64,000 nt of DNA from a virus (IMGVR_UViG_3300034157_000065:64001-128000), one strand, 5' to 3'; counted from the stretch's first letter, positions 9,388 to 19,676 are shown. Notes: generated by a model from the letters alone, not told the origin. Numbers and translations are program-made.

Positions 9388-9714
9388 ATGACTATTCAAT
9401 ATATTATGACTCATGATGTATGGCTGGCCCATGTGGTTAGCTTGATTCCTGATGCCTGTGCCAAAGATGAAACCAAAGAGAATATTGCTTTTGATTTGGC
9501 AATGGAGTTTGGTATTTTGAGTGGTCTTGTTCCAAGCGGTTGGTATCCTGATGAAGCCGTTGGTCATTTGGTGGATCGTGAAGAAGAAAAAGGCAATCTT
9601 GATGATAGTGATCTTGTCGAATTTGATGCAAAAGTCTCGGCTTATCATGATAAATTGAAAGCTAAATATGAACAAGAACAAACCGAATCCGCTATTAAAC
9701 AGGGAAATGTGTAA
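9388..9714 (+). CDS. hypothetical protein
   Basis: AAGGA RBS, 108 aa. Confidence 0.75.
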   Translation: MTIQYIMTHDVWLAHVVSLIPDACAKDETKENIAFDLAMEFGILSGLVPSGWYPDEAVGHLVDREEEKGNLDDSDLVEFDAKVSAYHDKLKAKYEQEQTESAIKQGNV

Positions 9715-10874
9715 TGACTACCAGTGCCAACCAACAAGTTGTTTCCATCGTTAATGCTCTGACTGATTATCTGTTTTCGGATAAACTTGATCAGAGTATT
9801 GTCGAGTTCAAAAAATATACACCAATCGAAGAACCTGTTGTCATGACAATGGAATTGATGAGAGCTATTATTGATAAAACAGCAACCCCTGAACAACTTG
9901 AATTGGTCGATAAGTTGTCAATGCAAACACTTCGTAAATTTTCTGAAGAAGATGCAACCAATTCTCTTATTTTTAACATTGATGGATTTCGCTATCATGT
10001 TAAACAATCAGTTAAGGATTACACTGTCTATTCAAAATATAAAGCTCCTGATTTTTCTGCACTTCCAGAGAAATTTAAAGAGCCTCTTATTTATGATGTT
10101 GATCTTATTCATGAGCGTTTCGTTGAATTGACTAGCCTTTATCCACAACAATCGTTTATTACCTTTACCAACAAAGATCGTTATAGTTCTAATGAGTTTA
10201 GTGAGTATGGTATTGCTCGCCTAAGCACCTACTATCCAGTGGCTTATGTTTCAAAAGACCTTCTTGATCTGTGTGACCAATTTCCAGAAGCTTTTAGTGA
10301 AGAACAGCTTGCCTTTATTGATGAGAACAAAAAAAGCAGTTTTCAGAAAGTTGAAGGTTCTCAAAAGACGCTTGAAGACGCTTTCAAAGTATGGAAAAGC
10401 TTGCTTCGTAAAAAGAAAGCTACTGCTGATAAACAGTTTGCATTTAATGACGCTGATAACTATGCTTATCTTGAAGAAACGGACACTCATCTGTTGATGT
10501 CACAACGTAGCCAGAACACTCTGTATGCTTACGTCTTTGAAAAAGCAACTGGTCGTTACAAAGTGTGGAAAGCTGCCCGAGAAGTGAAAGCTGAACATGA
10601 TGATTTCTACTATTCTGAGATGGTTGACGATTGTACGAACTATTTGGAAATGGCTCAGTATTATATCGGTCGTTCCTATGGCCCTACTACCTATCCAGTG
10701 ATGGTTGAACATGATGGGTATGATAAATCGGCTCAGCATTACCTTCAGAACTTTGCAGACGATGATGGCTTGGTTTATGATTCGTCGCGTGGATTTAACT
10801 TGCAGTCTGATGACGCTGGTAATCTTTTTAGTGATTTTGACTTGTTGTTGCAGGTCATCCACCATTACAATTAA
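9714..10874 (+). CDS. hypothetical protein (possible distant paralogue of 62850)
   Basis: 386-aa ORF, TAATG overlap with upstream gene. Confidence 0.85.
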   Translation: MTTSANQQVVSIVNALTDYLFSDKLDQSIVEFKKYTPIEEPVVMTMELMRAIIDKTATPEQLELVDKLSMQTLRKFSEEDATNSLIFNIDGFRYHVKQSVKDYTVYSKYKAPDFSALPEKFKEPLIYDVDLIHERFVELTSLYPQQSFITFTNKDRYSSNEFSEYGIARLSTYYPVAYVSKDLLDLCDQFPEAFSEEQLAFIDENKKSSFQKVEGSQKTLEDAFKVWKSLLRKKKATADKQFAFNDADNYAYLEETDTHLLMSQRSQNTLYAYVFEKATGRYKVWKAAREVKAEHDDFYYSEMVDDCTNYLEMAQYYIGRSYGPTTYPVMVEHDGYDKSAQHYLQNFADDDGLVYDSSRGFNLQSDDAGNLFSDFDLLLQVIHHYN

Positions 10875-10991
10875 CCGATAATTATTTTTACAATAATAAG
10901 CCTAGCAATAGGCTTTTTTCGTTGATATTAATTAATTATTTTGATACAATAATCGCTTCTTAATACTAATGAAGCATTAAAGGAAATAATC

Positions 10992-11423
10992 ATGTCAAAA
11001 GTCTATAATGGTGGTATTTATACATTCTCTTTTAAATTGAGTGGTTCATTATCAATTGAAGACATTTCAGATTCTTTTTTTAAGAAACTTCATTCAAGCG
11101 ACGACTTGAAGTCATTGCTCACAGACCATCAGTATTCAGTTTATGAAACGATTCTTCTGTTTAAAGAACATGAGGAAGAAGGCTATAACTATAAGACGAT
11201 TGACGGACTAGAACGAATTATTGATAATGAAGACGGCGAATTTTCAATTGGGTTTGCTTGTTCCAGACGCTTTACAACTGATGAATTAAAAGATCTCTAC
11301 GTTCATGTGGTCATACCTATTATGATCGCTTCTGATGTAGCCTGTACGCCTACTGGTGGGTTTTCAGAACATCATGAAGTCATTGAGCGGACGTATCAAA
11401 ATCACACGATTTCATTCGCTTAA
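10992..11423 (+). CDS. hypothetical protein
   Basis: AAGGA RBS, 143 aa. Confidence 0.75.
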   Translation: MSKVYNGGIYTFSFKLSGSLSIEDISDSFFKKLHSSDDLKSLLTDHQYSVYETILLFKEHEEEGYNYKTIDGLERIIDNEDGEFSIGFACSRRFTTDELKDLYVHVVIPIMIASDVACTPTGGFSEHHEVIERTYQNHTISFA

Positions 11424-11482
11424 ATTGTTGATTGTGATCAAATTTGATGGTATAATTTCACCATATTTAGGAGCCATCTGTT

Positions 11483-11734
11483 TTGAAATCTTCATCTCAA
11501 ACCCTTAATTTTTTGGGGCTATTATTACTGAAATTAGCTTATGCTCTTTTTATTAAGATGCTAGGGTCTTGCTATAGCAAAAAAACGCTAATTTTAGGAA
11601 CTTTTCGTATTATTGATGATGAGATTACTTACACTGATATTGAAAAGGATGTTGTACATAGATTGTTTGGATTTCCTGTTTTAACCCATGCTGGGAAGCT
11701 GACTGATGACGATTGGAAGCGTATTATTTCTTAA
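11483..11734 (+). CDS. hypothetical protein
   Basis: TGGTATAAT, AGGAG RBS, TTG start. Confidence 0.6.
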   Translation: MKSSSQTLNFLGLLLLKLAYALFIKMLGSCYSKKTLILGTFRIIDDEITYTDIEKDVVHRLFGFPVLTHAGKLTDDDWKRIIS

Positions 11735-11754
11735 CATTTTTTAGGTAACAAACA

Positions 11755-11964
11755 TTGGCACACTTTATCAGAAATTATCTAATGCTCATCGAATCCCATG
11801 CTGGGATTTTCTTTATTGCTTTCTTCATCTGTCTTGCAGTCTTTTACCATCTTCCAGAAAAAAGTGTATTGATGTTCTTGGGTGTTTTTAGCATACCATT
11901 CGTCATTATTCCATTATTTTTCAAAATTCTTTTATTTTTCTTTGAAAAAAACGAGTTTAAATAG
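11755..11964 (+). CDS. small 2-TM membrane protein
   Basis: two hydrophobic segments. Confidence 0.6.
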   Translation: MAHFIRNYLMLIESHAGIFFIAFFICLAVFYHLPEKSVLMFLGVFSIPFVIIPLFFKILLFFFEKNEFK

Positions 11965-12118
11965 TTGATTTTTATGTGTTTTTTCACACCACAAAAAAGA
12001 TTAAAATACTTTGTAAGTATTTGATTTTAAAGGGTTTAAATCCTTGTGTATTTTTATAAAAACTTGCTTTTTTATGATTTTCTTGGTATAATACTCTCAC
12101 ACAAACAGGAGAGCAAAT

Positions 12119-12328
12119 ATGACTATCAAAATGAATACTGTAGAATCCAGCTCAATCTTTCAAGTCGGCTATCGTCGTCGTGTTATGCAAGTTCAGTTCA
12201 ATTCCGGTCGTCTTTATGAGTTCCGTAAAGTGCCTCGTGCAAAGTATGACCAACTGTTGAAGTCCCCATCGAAAGGTGAGTTCTTCAACCGTGAAATCAA
12301 AGGTTCTTATGTAGAAGCTGAGATTTAA
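12119..12328 (+). CDS. KTSC domain protein
   Basis: VESSSI..VGY...VQFNSG.LYEF..VP...Y..LL.SPSKG.FFN..IKG.Y matches the KTSC pattern. Confidence 0.9.
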   Translation: MTIKMNTVESSSIFQVGYRRRVMQVQFNSGRLYEFRKVPRAKYDQLLKSPSKGEFFNREIKGSYVEAEI

Positions 12329-12340
12329 ATCAGGTTTATC

Positions 12341-12362
12341 AAAGGGCACTTCGGTGCCTTTT
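12341..12362 (+). terminator. intrinsic terminator (UUCG loop)
   Basis: AAAGGGCAC-TTCG-GTGCCTTTT. Confidence 0.85.
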
Positions 12363-12422
12363 GTTATTATTGTAAATTTTAAAAATTATGCTATAATAGC
12401 TCAAATTTCGTAGGAGACTACA

Positions 12423-12749
12423 ATGTCCAATTCCAGTCCTTGTGTTGAATGTCCGTTCAAACAATCCATCCCCGGTGATTGCCATGTTGCGTGTGGTCAT
12501 CCTGTGGCTAATGGTGAGCGTCAAATGATGCTTTTAATGATGGTTATGACAGGCCAGCTAAACACTATTGAAAAAGCTTTGGGGCTTACAATAAGTCCAC
12601 ATGGGGCGGCTTCTGGGTGGGCTAATTTCCCTGTGAACTACGACCCTATCTGGGTTACTGGAACGTGTTCTATGCTGGAAAACTACAAGACGGCTTTGGC
12701 ACTTCATCAAGAAAAAAAATCTGCTGAACTTATCCATAAAGAAGTCTGA
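12423..12749 (+). CDS. Cys/His-rich hypothetical protein, possible metal binding
   Basis: CVEC...GDCHVAC...GWANFPVNYDP.W...C. Confidence 0.75.
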   Translation: MSNSSPCVECPFKQSIPGDCHVACGHPVANGERQMMLLMMVMTGQLNTIEKALGLTISPHGAASGWANFPVNYDPIWVTGTCSMLENYKTALALHQEKKSAELIHKEV

Positions 12750-12845
12750 TACCTTATTACTACACCGTTAACAATTAAAGACTTGAGCGATCAGGTCTTT
12801 TTTGTTATAATGAAACTCTCCAATTCCTATAACGGCTTATTGACA

Positions 12846-13304
12846 ATGAATGATGGTATTACTCACAAAGAACGACTTCATATTGATAAGGTCGTAAACT
12901 TTGCTAAACATATTGATGACAATGGTTTTCAGCACAAAGTGGCTGCAGCGATTGTTTATAAAAATAAAATCATCAGTCTTGAACACAACGTTGATAAAAG
13001 CCATACCTTTCAAAAACGTTTTGCTAAAAACGAACATGCTATTTTCTTTCACGCAGAAACCAGTGCTATCCATAAAGCGTTAAAAATCCTTGGTGCAGAT
13101 AAGCTTAGTAAAGCTACGCTGCTGGTGGTTCGGTTGTCTTCGGTTAAGAGTAAGTATCGTCAACGCCTGTTGCACCACACATTAGCCACCAGCAAGCCTT
13201 GTGAGGGGTGTTCGTCGTGCATTAACCATTATGGTATTAAGAAAGTGATTCACAGTGTTATCAATGGTTTTGAAGTGTACAATAATTTGGAAATGGTTGC
13301 TTAA
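12846..13304 (+). CDS. cytidine/deoxycytidylate deaminase-fold protein
   Basis: HAE...PCEGC zinc-deaminase signature. Confidence 0.85.
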   Translation: MNDGITHKERLHIDKVVNFAKHIDDNGFQHKVAAAIVYKNKIISLEHNVDKSHTFQKRFAKNEHAIFFHAETSAIHKALKILGADKLSKATLLVVRLSSVKSKYRQRLLHHTLATSKPCEGCSSCINHYGIKKVIHSVINGFEVYNNLEMVA

Positions 13305-13356
13305 AAAATAACTTTGTGTTATTATAATGTCTCAAAAATAAACTAGGAGTTCTACA

Positions 13357-13947
13357 ATGAAGCGAATTATGTTTACACTCATGTTGTTCCTCAGTATGAG
13401 TTTTGCTGCTTACGGAGCACCACAAACCACAGGTTGTAACATTTCAACCGATGGACTTTCACCAGAAGTTGTAAAACAAATGATGGATCTTTGTGTTAAA
13501 GACAAAGAACAACAAGCATCAGTTTCCGGTGTAGCGTCTGAAAATATCAAGAACCTTGGCGAGTTTGCGACTATCTCCAAAGAGTTTGCAAGTTCTCTAG
13601 GTATCGCAGCCAATGAGTTGGGTGTTGCAGCCAACACCTTTTTGGCTTCACCCGCAGGTATGTTGACGGCTGGTGTGATTATTTGGAAAGTGTTTGCAAT
13701 GAATATTCTTGGTCTGTTTTTTATTCTGGTTGTTATCGGTATCTGGATTTTCATGTTGCGAGCCGCTATGACTGAATCATTTGAAACAAAAATGGTTAAA
13801 GGTTGGGGTGAAGTTGAACGAGAGAAAAGAACTCGTATCTACATGGATTTCGAAAACATTTCAGGTGAACGTGGTTGGTCGTTGGTTTTGGTTAACATTG
13901 TTCCTATCATCTTGATTGCTATTATTGTTGGTAACATGATGCATTAA
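13357..13947 (+). CDS. membrane protein with signal peptide
   Basis: signal peptide, 2-3 further TM segments, AGGAG RBS. Confidence 0.8.
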   Translation: MKRIMFTLMLFLSMSFAAYGAPQTTGCNISTDGLSPEVVKQMMDLCVKDKEQQASVSGVASENIKNLGEFATISKEFASSLGIAANELGVAANTFLASPAGMLTAGVIIWKVFAMNILGLFFILVVIGIWIFMLRAAMTESFETKMVKGWGEVEREKRTRIYMDFENISGERGWSLVLVNIVPIILIAIIVGNMMH

Positions 13948-13987
13948 AAATTTGAAGACAACAAAAAAGGCACTTAGGTGCCTTTTT

Positions 13988-14458
13988 TCAGTGTTGTGTT
14001 TTATTATTTTTGATTACGGTAAATCCTAATTTTACTTCTTTTTTAATACCTTGTGCCCTTTCAGCTAAAACAGCATTTACGTCAGCCAAATCATAATTAA
14101 TTTCATGAATTACAATTCTTGTAGGGTTTAATTTTGCTCTTTTTTCTGCTGTATACTCAGTTTTTTCAGATTCACTCATTTTAGCCATTTTGTCATATTC
14201 TTCATCAACTAATCGTTGGACAGAATTAACAACCATATCATCAAAAGATTTTTTTGGTTGAGTTGGTTGAGAGTCTGATAAACTCATGTTTATCATGAGT
14301 GCAGTAGGAATTGCAAGCCCAGCTATCAAGAGTTTATGGTTAGCACAAAAACTTTTAAAGCTTTGAAGAATCCCTTTTGTGTTTTCAAATTTATCTGATT
14401 GATTAAGATTGTTAGCAAATTCTTCTTTGAGTTCTTTTATCTCTGAGAGCTTGGACAT
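13988..14458 (-). CDS. membrane-anchored/exported protein sharing N-terminal leader with 15106
   Basis: GGAG RBS; N-terminal ~50 aa similar to 15106..16785, then hydrophobic segment. Confidence 0.75.
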   Translation of the reverse strand: MSKLSEIKELKEEFANNLNQSDKFENTKGILQSFKSFCANHKLLIAGLAIPTALMINMSLSDSQPTQPKKSFDDMVVNSVQRLVDEEYDKMAKMSESEKTEYTAEKRAKLNPTRIVIHEINYDLADVNAVLAERAQGIKKEVKLGFTVIKNNKTQH

Positions 14459-14623
14459 AGTTAATCTCCATTATAAGTGTTATTTTTTATATTTTAACAT
14501 ATTAAAATAATAATTATAGAGTTCACCTTTAAAACAATGCTGTTTTTGGTTACATAAACAATAAAAACATTGCTTATTTATAGAATATTTGCTATAATTT
14601 AAACATATTAATTAAGTGAGAGA

Positions 14624-14824
14624 ATGATTATGTCTTTTTTTGAAGGTGGTGGTAAATCGCGTATTCATGATGATGTCGCTGATGTTCATAAACGTTTTGA
14701 TGCGGCTGTTAAAGCTGCCAAGACTGACAGTCAAAAACGTAATCTTGAAATGGAACGCTCTGAGGCCGTAAGTGCTGTTTGTAAGCGTTATGGTCAAAGT
14801 GGTCGTGGCGGTTTTCTAGAATAA
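14624..14824 (+). CDS. small hypothetical protein
   Basis: TGCTATAAT promoter, 66 aa. Confidence 0.6.
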   Translation: MIMSFFEGGGKSRIHDDVADVHKRFDAAVKAAKTDSQKRNLEMERSEAVSAVCKRYGQSGRGGFLE

Positions 14825-14861
14825 TATATTAACATCCTTTTACTTAAAATAAGGTGGCAAA

Positions 14862-15059
14862 ATGTCGTATACTTTTGATGAACAAAACAATGTCTATCTG
14901 CTTGAAAGCAACCTTGATGAAAATGATCTTTACGATGCTCTTTTGTCTATAGCAAAAGATAATGATCTTATTGAAGCCAACCAAGCATCAGATGCTTCTC
15001 ATATCATGTCTATTCTATCAAATAACAGTGTTGATATTGAGTTTCTACCAGAAGAATAA
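14862..15059 (+). CDS. small acidic protein
   Basis: AAGGTGG RBS, 65 aa. Confidence 0.65.
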   Translation: MSYTFDEQNNVYLLESNLDENDLYDALLSIAKDNDLIEANQASDASHIMSILSNNSVDIEFLPEE

Positions 15060-15105
15060 ATGGATATTACTAGGCGTAAAATAATATAAAGGCAATTAAG
15101 TGCCT

Positions 15106-16785
15106 TCATATCTTTGGTTTTTTAATTAATGGTGTTATAGGATCATTCATTGTCTTATTTTTTAATTCTTCTTTAATCTTTAATACTTTCGAGTAGTCAT
15201 AATTAACTTCGTCTATAAATATTTTATTAGAGACTCCTGCTAATATCTCTTTTGTTATGATAGGTCTACTATCAACTTCTTTTTTTATGGTTTCAATGAA
15301 TTTTTCCGTAAAATTTTCCAGTGTTCTCTCTTTCCTAGTCTCTCTGTTGTGTTTAGCATTCTTAAATTGGTCATATGTTTGATCGTAAATCGCAGATGTT
15401 ATTTGATTGTATTTAAAACCGTAGGCTATATTATTTGATATTTTCTCTACTAATGGGTCTAGTTTCTTATTTTCATCAGTATAGTTATCAATTGAAGCAA
15501 AAGGCATTTTTTCTATTTCGCTAACAATAGATGATAACAACCTGACATTACCACCTTCAATGATATTCTTTTTGATATCTTCGTTGTTTGCTTTTAAATC
15601 AATTGCATAGGTTTCTCCATTTGGCATGATTGCTGTATTGGATATATGGTTGGTTATCATAGAAGCAAATTCAATGACATCTCGTTTATCCATTTCCAAT
15701 AACCTTGGATTGTCATTAATTGCTTTCTTTAATTCAGTTAATACATATATTGTGTTATGTGAATGAAATCCAAGAAGCACCTCATTCACTCTCATTTTAA
15801 TAATGCTGTCTACCATTTTATTAAAATGTGATAAATCACCCGATTCAACGCCTAGCATAGTCAGGGCGGCTACATCTGAATGGGCCTCTCTATCCACAGC
15901 ACGATTTAGCTGACAACTGACTGGATCGTAGTTAATTGATTGCTTTAATGCCGCATGAGTGGCTTCATGGTAGATAACGAATTTATACAAGTCAAATAGT
16001 TCTTGTTTAGTTTCTGAACCTGTTATAAAGTCTTTTGCCATTCTTATTTCATTAGCAGAAGTATCTAATAAATACAATGAATTTGAAATCGTTGATTGAT
16101 GAGCTGTATTTAAAACTACTGGTTGGTAATGACTGTTATCTTCAGGTCTTGCTCCATACACCTCAATTGTATTATTTTCCCAGAAAGGATTTTTGAACAC
16201 AATCATTTCGTTAGCTTTTAAATTCATAATGGCGTCAATGTTCGCATCCGTAATCTCTTGAACCGTCTCATTAGCGTGTTTAATATTTTTTATTTGATGG
16301 GCTAACTCAACATCTTTCATAAAGTTTATGGTTCTTTGTATAGGGTCTTTTTCTTGTAGCCTATCCTTATAATTATACATCATGGCAGAAATGTCACTTT
16401 CATGCTGGTCTAAATCATATGTCTTTGTTGTTTTTGTTGTCTTTGTTGGAATTTCATCTAGGTTATAAGATTTGTTAATTGAATCTAATGTTGGTATTTC
16501 AGGAATGTCATCAAGATTGACTGGCACATGGATGGCGTCTAAGTCATGAGTAATTTGGCTTTTAACTTGTGTTGATTGTTCGGTATCTGCATTGGCTATT
16601 GGTGATCCAAATATCATTGTATTGATAGCTATAGCTCCAATCAGACCTGTAATGAATTTTTTATTATTTTCATAGTGCTTTTTAAAGTTTCTAAAAAGAC
16701 CTTTTGTGTGTTTAAATTCATTTGATTGATAAAGATTATCATCAAAATATTCTTTTAATTCTTCTATTTTATTAAATTTAGACAT
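15106..16785 (-). CDS. exported zinc metallopeptidase-like protein (HExxH)
   Basis: IYHEATH...REAHSD zincin-type motif; hydrophobic segment ending ANA. Confidence 0.65.
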   Translation of the reverse strand: MSKFNKIEELKEYFDDNLYQSNEFKHTKGLFRNFKKHYENNKKFITGLIGAIAINTMIFGSPIANADTEQSTQVKSQITHDLDAIHVPVNLDDIPEIPTLDSINKSYNLDEIPTKTTKTTKTYDLDQHESDISAMMYNYKDRLQEKDPIQRTINFMKDVELAHQIKNIKHANETVQEITDANIDAIMNLKANEMIVFKNPFWENNTIEVYGARPEDNSHYQPVVLNTAHQSTISNSLYLLDTSANEIRMAKDFITGSETKQELFDLYKFVIYHEATHAALKQSINYDPVSCQLNRAVDREAHSDVAALTMLGVESGDLSHFNKMVDSIIKMRVNEVLLGFHSHNTIYVLTELKKAINDNPRLLEMDKRDVIEFASMITNHISNTAIMPNGETYAIDLKANNEDIKKNIIEGGNVRLLSSIVSEIEKMPFASIDNYTDENKKLDPLVEKISNNIAYGFKYNQITSAIYDQTYDQFKNAKHNRETRKERTLENFTEKFIETIKKEVDSRPIITKEILAGVSNKIFIDEVNYDYSKVLKIKEELKNKTMNDPITPLIKKPKI

Positions 16786-16901
16786 TCTTTAACCTCGAAC
16801 CTATTAATTAAATCATACCATATAAAAATAATAATCCTATATGTTGGAAACACTTTGCAGGCTTTTTTTGTTTGTGATATACTCACATTTAACTTTTAAT
16901 A

Positions 16902-17216
16902 ATGGAGAAATTGTTTATGACTGCTGATGACTTGAAGAAATTGTTTAATGAGTACGCTGAATCCGATGAACCTCATAAATTTGATCGAGTTCCTGTGAAA
17001 TTTAGCAAACGTGACGACCTCCATGCTTTTATTTTGTTGGATAAAATCATGCCTGATGGTCACACCATGATTTCAGCCGCTGGACATGATGAAATCTTCT
17101 TGGATTTTGAAATTGAAGAATTGGCTAAGGTCATCACCCAAGAACAAATTCTGGAATTAGTGCGTTGTGGTGTGTCTTACGATGGACATCATGACCGCCT
17201 TTACATGTTTGTTTAA
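16902..17216 (+). CDS. hypothetical protein
   Basis: 104 aa; GGAG RBS favours ATG 16917. Confidence 0.8.
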   Translation: MEKLFMTADDLKKLFNEYAESDEPHKFDRVPVKFSKRDDLHAFILLDKIMPDGHTMISAAGHDEIFLDFEIEELAKVITQEQILELVRCGVSYDGHHDRLYMFV

Positions 17217-17285
17217 TTAACAGTTGATTTAAGATGGCTCATTTGGTATAATGGGCCTTCTTAATTTATAACAAGGTGTTTTACC

Positions 17286-17720
17286 ATGTCGCTTAAACTT
17301 ATTACAACTCCTGATACTCTTAAACTTCATCCAACCATCTATGAATGTGGTGTCATGATTGATTGTTTTGATAAGTTGAAATCCGATGATATGGAGCGTA
17401 AGAACTACTTGTCAGACGCGGTTGTCAAAAAAATGCGAGATTTTGTTGAATCTCATTACATTGTTTTCTACTTTGTAGATTCTTACACCTATTCTGTCAA
17501 AGACTACAATGACAGCGATGGTGACTATACTCATTCGGACTCTGAAACTAATACCTATTGTGTTCCTATGGAAGAAATGATTGCTCAATTGACCGAAATG
17601 GGCTATAATGATGCCACTAAAATGATAAAGGACGCGGTTATTACTGACCACGATATTAATCTTTATTACGGTGAGCGTATCTCACTTCAATCCTATTCCA
17701 TTAAAGTTGAAGGAATTTAA
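17286..17720 (+). CDS. hypothetical acidic protein
   Basis: promoter 17224-17252, AAGGTG RBS. Confidence 0.8.
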   Translation: MSLKLITTPDTLKLHPTIYECGVMIDCFDKLKSDDMERKNYLSDAVVKKMRDFVESHYIVFYFVDSYTYSVKDYNDSDGDYTHSDSETNTYCVPMEEMIAQLTEMGYNDATKMIKDAVITDHDINLYYGERISLQSYSIKVEGI

Positions 17721-17721
17721 C

Positions 17722-18234
17722 ATGTCCATCCACTACGTTGCAGGTCATAATGCTGAGCAAGGTGAAGCCTTCGTTTGGCAAATTGAAAATGGCCTGTTGC
17801 ATGAAGACATCAGTTACATGCTTAGAGAAGTTTTCCCAGAGCTTCGTTTTATGCTGGATTATGAACCAGAAGATGCCTACAACGCAGAAGTTCATGTGGC
17901 TAACAAGATTAAATTTCACGATAAAATTGTGGAAGACTACTTATTGATTTATTACCCAGTCATTGAGACGGCTCCTGTCGATTCGTATCGAGATGAATGT
18001 GGTGGTTATTGCCATAAGTCTACCACTGATGTAGACATTGAAGTTCCACTTTACGAGATTCGTGAACTTGTTCGTGAACATTATCCACAAGTAGAAAATG
18101 TTGTTTCTTTTGTTGACAACATGCTTAAAATTCATGCTAATGACACTTATTGGCATAATGACTATTATGGCAGTAGTGTGACTTACGCTTACATTAAAAT
18201 CAAAAAAGATGCTGATCTTAGTCGCTATCTTTAA
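17722..18234 (+). CDS. hypothetical acidic protein (DYYG motif)
   Basis: AAGGA RBS before ATG 17722. Confidence 0.8.
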   Translation: MSIHYVAGHNAEQGEAFVWQIENGLLHEDISYMLREVFPELRFMLDYEPEDAYNAEVHVANKIKFHDKIVEDYLLIYYPVIETAPVDSYRDECGGYCHKSTTDVDIEVPLYEIRELVREHYPQVENVVSFVDNMLKIHANDTYWHNDYYGSSVTYAYIKIKKDADLSRYL

Positions 18235-18251
18235 TCTATAAGGAAACTGTT

Positions 18252-18557
18252 ATGAGCCGTATGACTGTTCGTTTTGACCGCGTATTTACCAAGAAAGGTA
18301 AGTTTAATCTGCAAGAGTTTAATCTTGACTATTTTGATCCATATCGTCGTAATGATGATAATAAAAACCATGTTGAGTTGTTTGAACTCTTGTTTGACAA
18401 GGATGGTAATGTGCTGGATGAAGTTCGTCATGAACTTGAAGCCTATATCCAGTTGAAGAACTTTCCAGCTTTGTCGGATGCCGTTAAATTGTTTTATGCT
18501 GGTATCCACGGTAGTAATACCAATGGTTCTTATCCAGCCGTTTACATGTTTCGTTAA
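18252..18557 (+). CDS. hypothetical protein (paralogue of 62444)
   Basis: LFD.DGN and L.DAV.L shared with 62444. Confidence 0.8.
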   Translation: MSRMTVRFDRVFTKKGKFNLQEFNLDYFDPYRRNDDNKNHVELFELLFDKDGNVLDEVRHELEAYIQLKNFPALSDAVKLFYAGIHGSNTNGSYPAVYMFR

Positions 18558-18653
18558 TTCAAAAATAAATTTGAAATTGTTAAAAAAGTAGTTGTTTTAA
18601 AATAAAAACGTTGATATAATAACCCCACACTAACCAAAGAAGGAAACACAATC

Positions 18654-18779
18654 ATGGCAACAGTAAATTCAGCAAAAAAAGCACAAGAAATCGAACAAGC
18701 ATACGCACAGGTTGCTGAAACCAAGCGTCGTCAAGAAGAAAAAATGTGGTCGCAACACGAAAAAGCACGTAAGCGTTAA
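18654..18779 (+). CDS. small helical protein (41 aa, not in ORF track)
   Basis: TGATATAAT -10, AAGGA RBS, MATVNSAKKAQE... Confidence 0.65.
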   Translation: MATVNSAKKAQEIEQAYAQVAETKRRQEEKMWSQHEKARKR

Positions 18780-18807
18780 TTCCCTTCATTTTCCAAAAGG
18801 ATTTACA

Positions 18808-19143
18808 ATGTCACAAGTTAATGCGGTAATTGAGTTCGATAACCTGAATAATCCACCAGAAGGCTTTTATGCTTCGGCAATGGGGTGGTATTTTCATGGT
18901 GAGCTTCAAGATATGGTAGGCTTTGATATTCCATCCGCTTCAGTTGACCTTATTGAAGTGCCAGATGGTATCTATGCTGGCACTTACAAAGGGCTGGACT
19001 GCACTTTCTTTAACTGGTCTTACTTTGAAGAAGACAGTTATACCAAGAAGCGTCGTCATCGTGGTTTTATTGTTCTTAACTCGGATAAAAAAGCTTACGA
19101 GTTTGCTCAGTTGGCTTATGATACAAAACGTAAATATCTTTAA
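18808..19143 (+). CDS. hypothetical protein
   Basis: AAGGA RBS before ATG 18808. Confidence 0.75.
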   Translation: MSQVNAVIEFDNLNNPPEGFYASAMGWYFHGELQDMVGFDIPSASVDLIEVPDGIYAGTYKGLDCTFFNWSYFEEDSYTKKRRHRGFIVLNSDKKAYEFAQLAYDTKRKYL

Positions 19144-19244
19144 AGCTTAAAAACAATGAAAAAGGTCAAGTTCGCTTGATCTTTTTTTTGCCTTTATTTT
19201 CTTGTCATGATATACTAAGCCATTACTTAATTCGGAGTGTCACC

Positions 19245-19676
19245 ATGCATAATATTGTAGCGTCCAAACTCATTAATGACCTTATCCTGAACACTGATGT
19301 GAGTAGCCAGCTTATTCTTGGTGAAATCAAAAAAACACAAAGCCTTGTGGGCAGTCGCCAACTCTTGATTGAAATTGATACGGATGATGATTTTGCTGTT
19401 GATGGTTCATCCGATTTTTCTAAAACATTTGATTTGGGTGAGCGTGACATTGTTGAAGTCTACAAAGAAGCTATTAAGAGTATCAAGTTTGGGCATGATA
19501 ACGTTAAAAATTATAAGGTCGATAATTTCTTGGCCTATATTATGACTGACGATTTCTTGAATGAAGTGTCTACTGGACATGCCTCTACCGGGGGAAATCA
19601 GACCATTTACGTCACAGTGGTTGATGCTCCTAGAACTATGAGTTTTGGCTCTTTGGTCATTGATTTGACCAAATAA
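19245..19676 (+). CDS. hypothetical protein
   Basis: TGATATACT, GGAG RBS before ATG 19245. Confidence 0.75.
   Translation: MHNIVASKLINDLILNTDVSSQLILGEIKKTQSLVGSRQLLIEIDTDDDFAVDGSSDFSKTFDLGERDIVEVYKEAIKSIKFGHDNVKNYKVDNFLAYIMTDDFLNEVSTGHASTGGNQTIYVTVVDAPRTMSFGSLVIDLTK

Noticed and set aside
12014-12026. IHF consensus site (WATCAANNNNTTR, minus strand) upstream of the KTSC promoter
   Set aside because: A single match is expected by chance in such AT-rich DNA.
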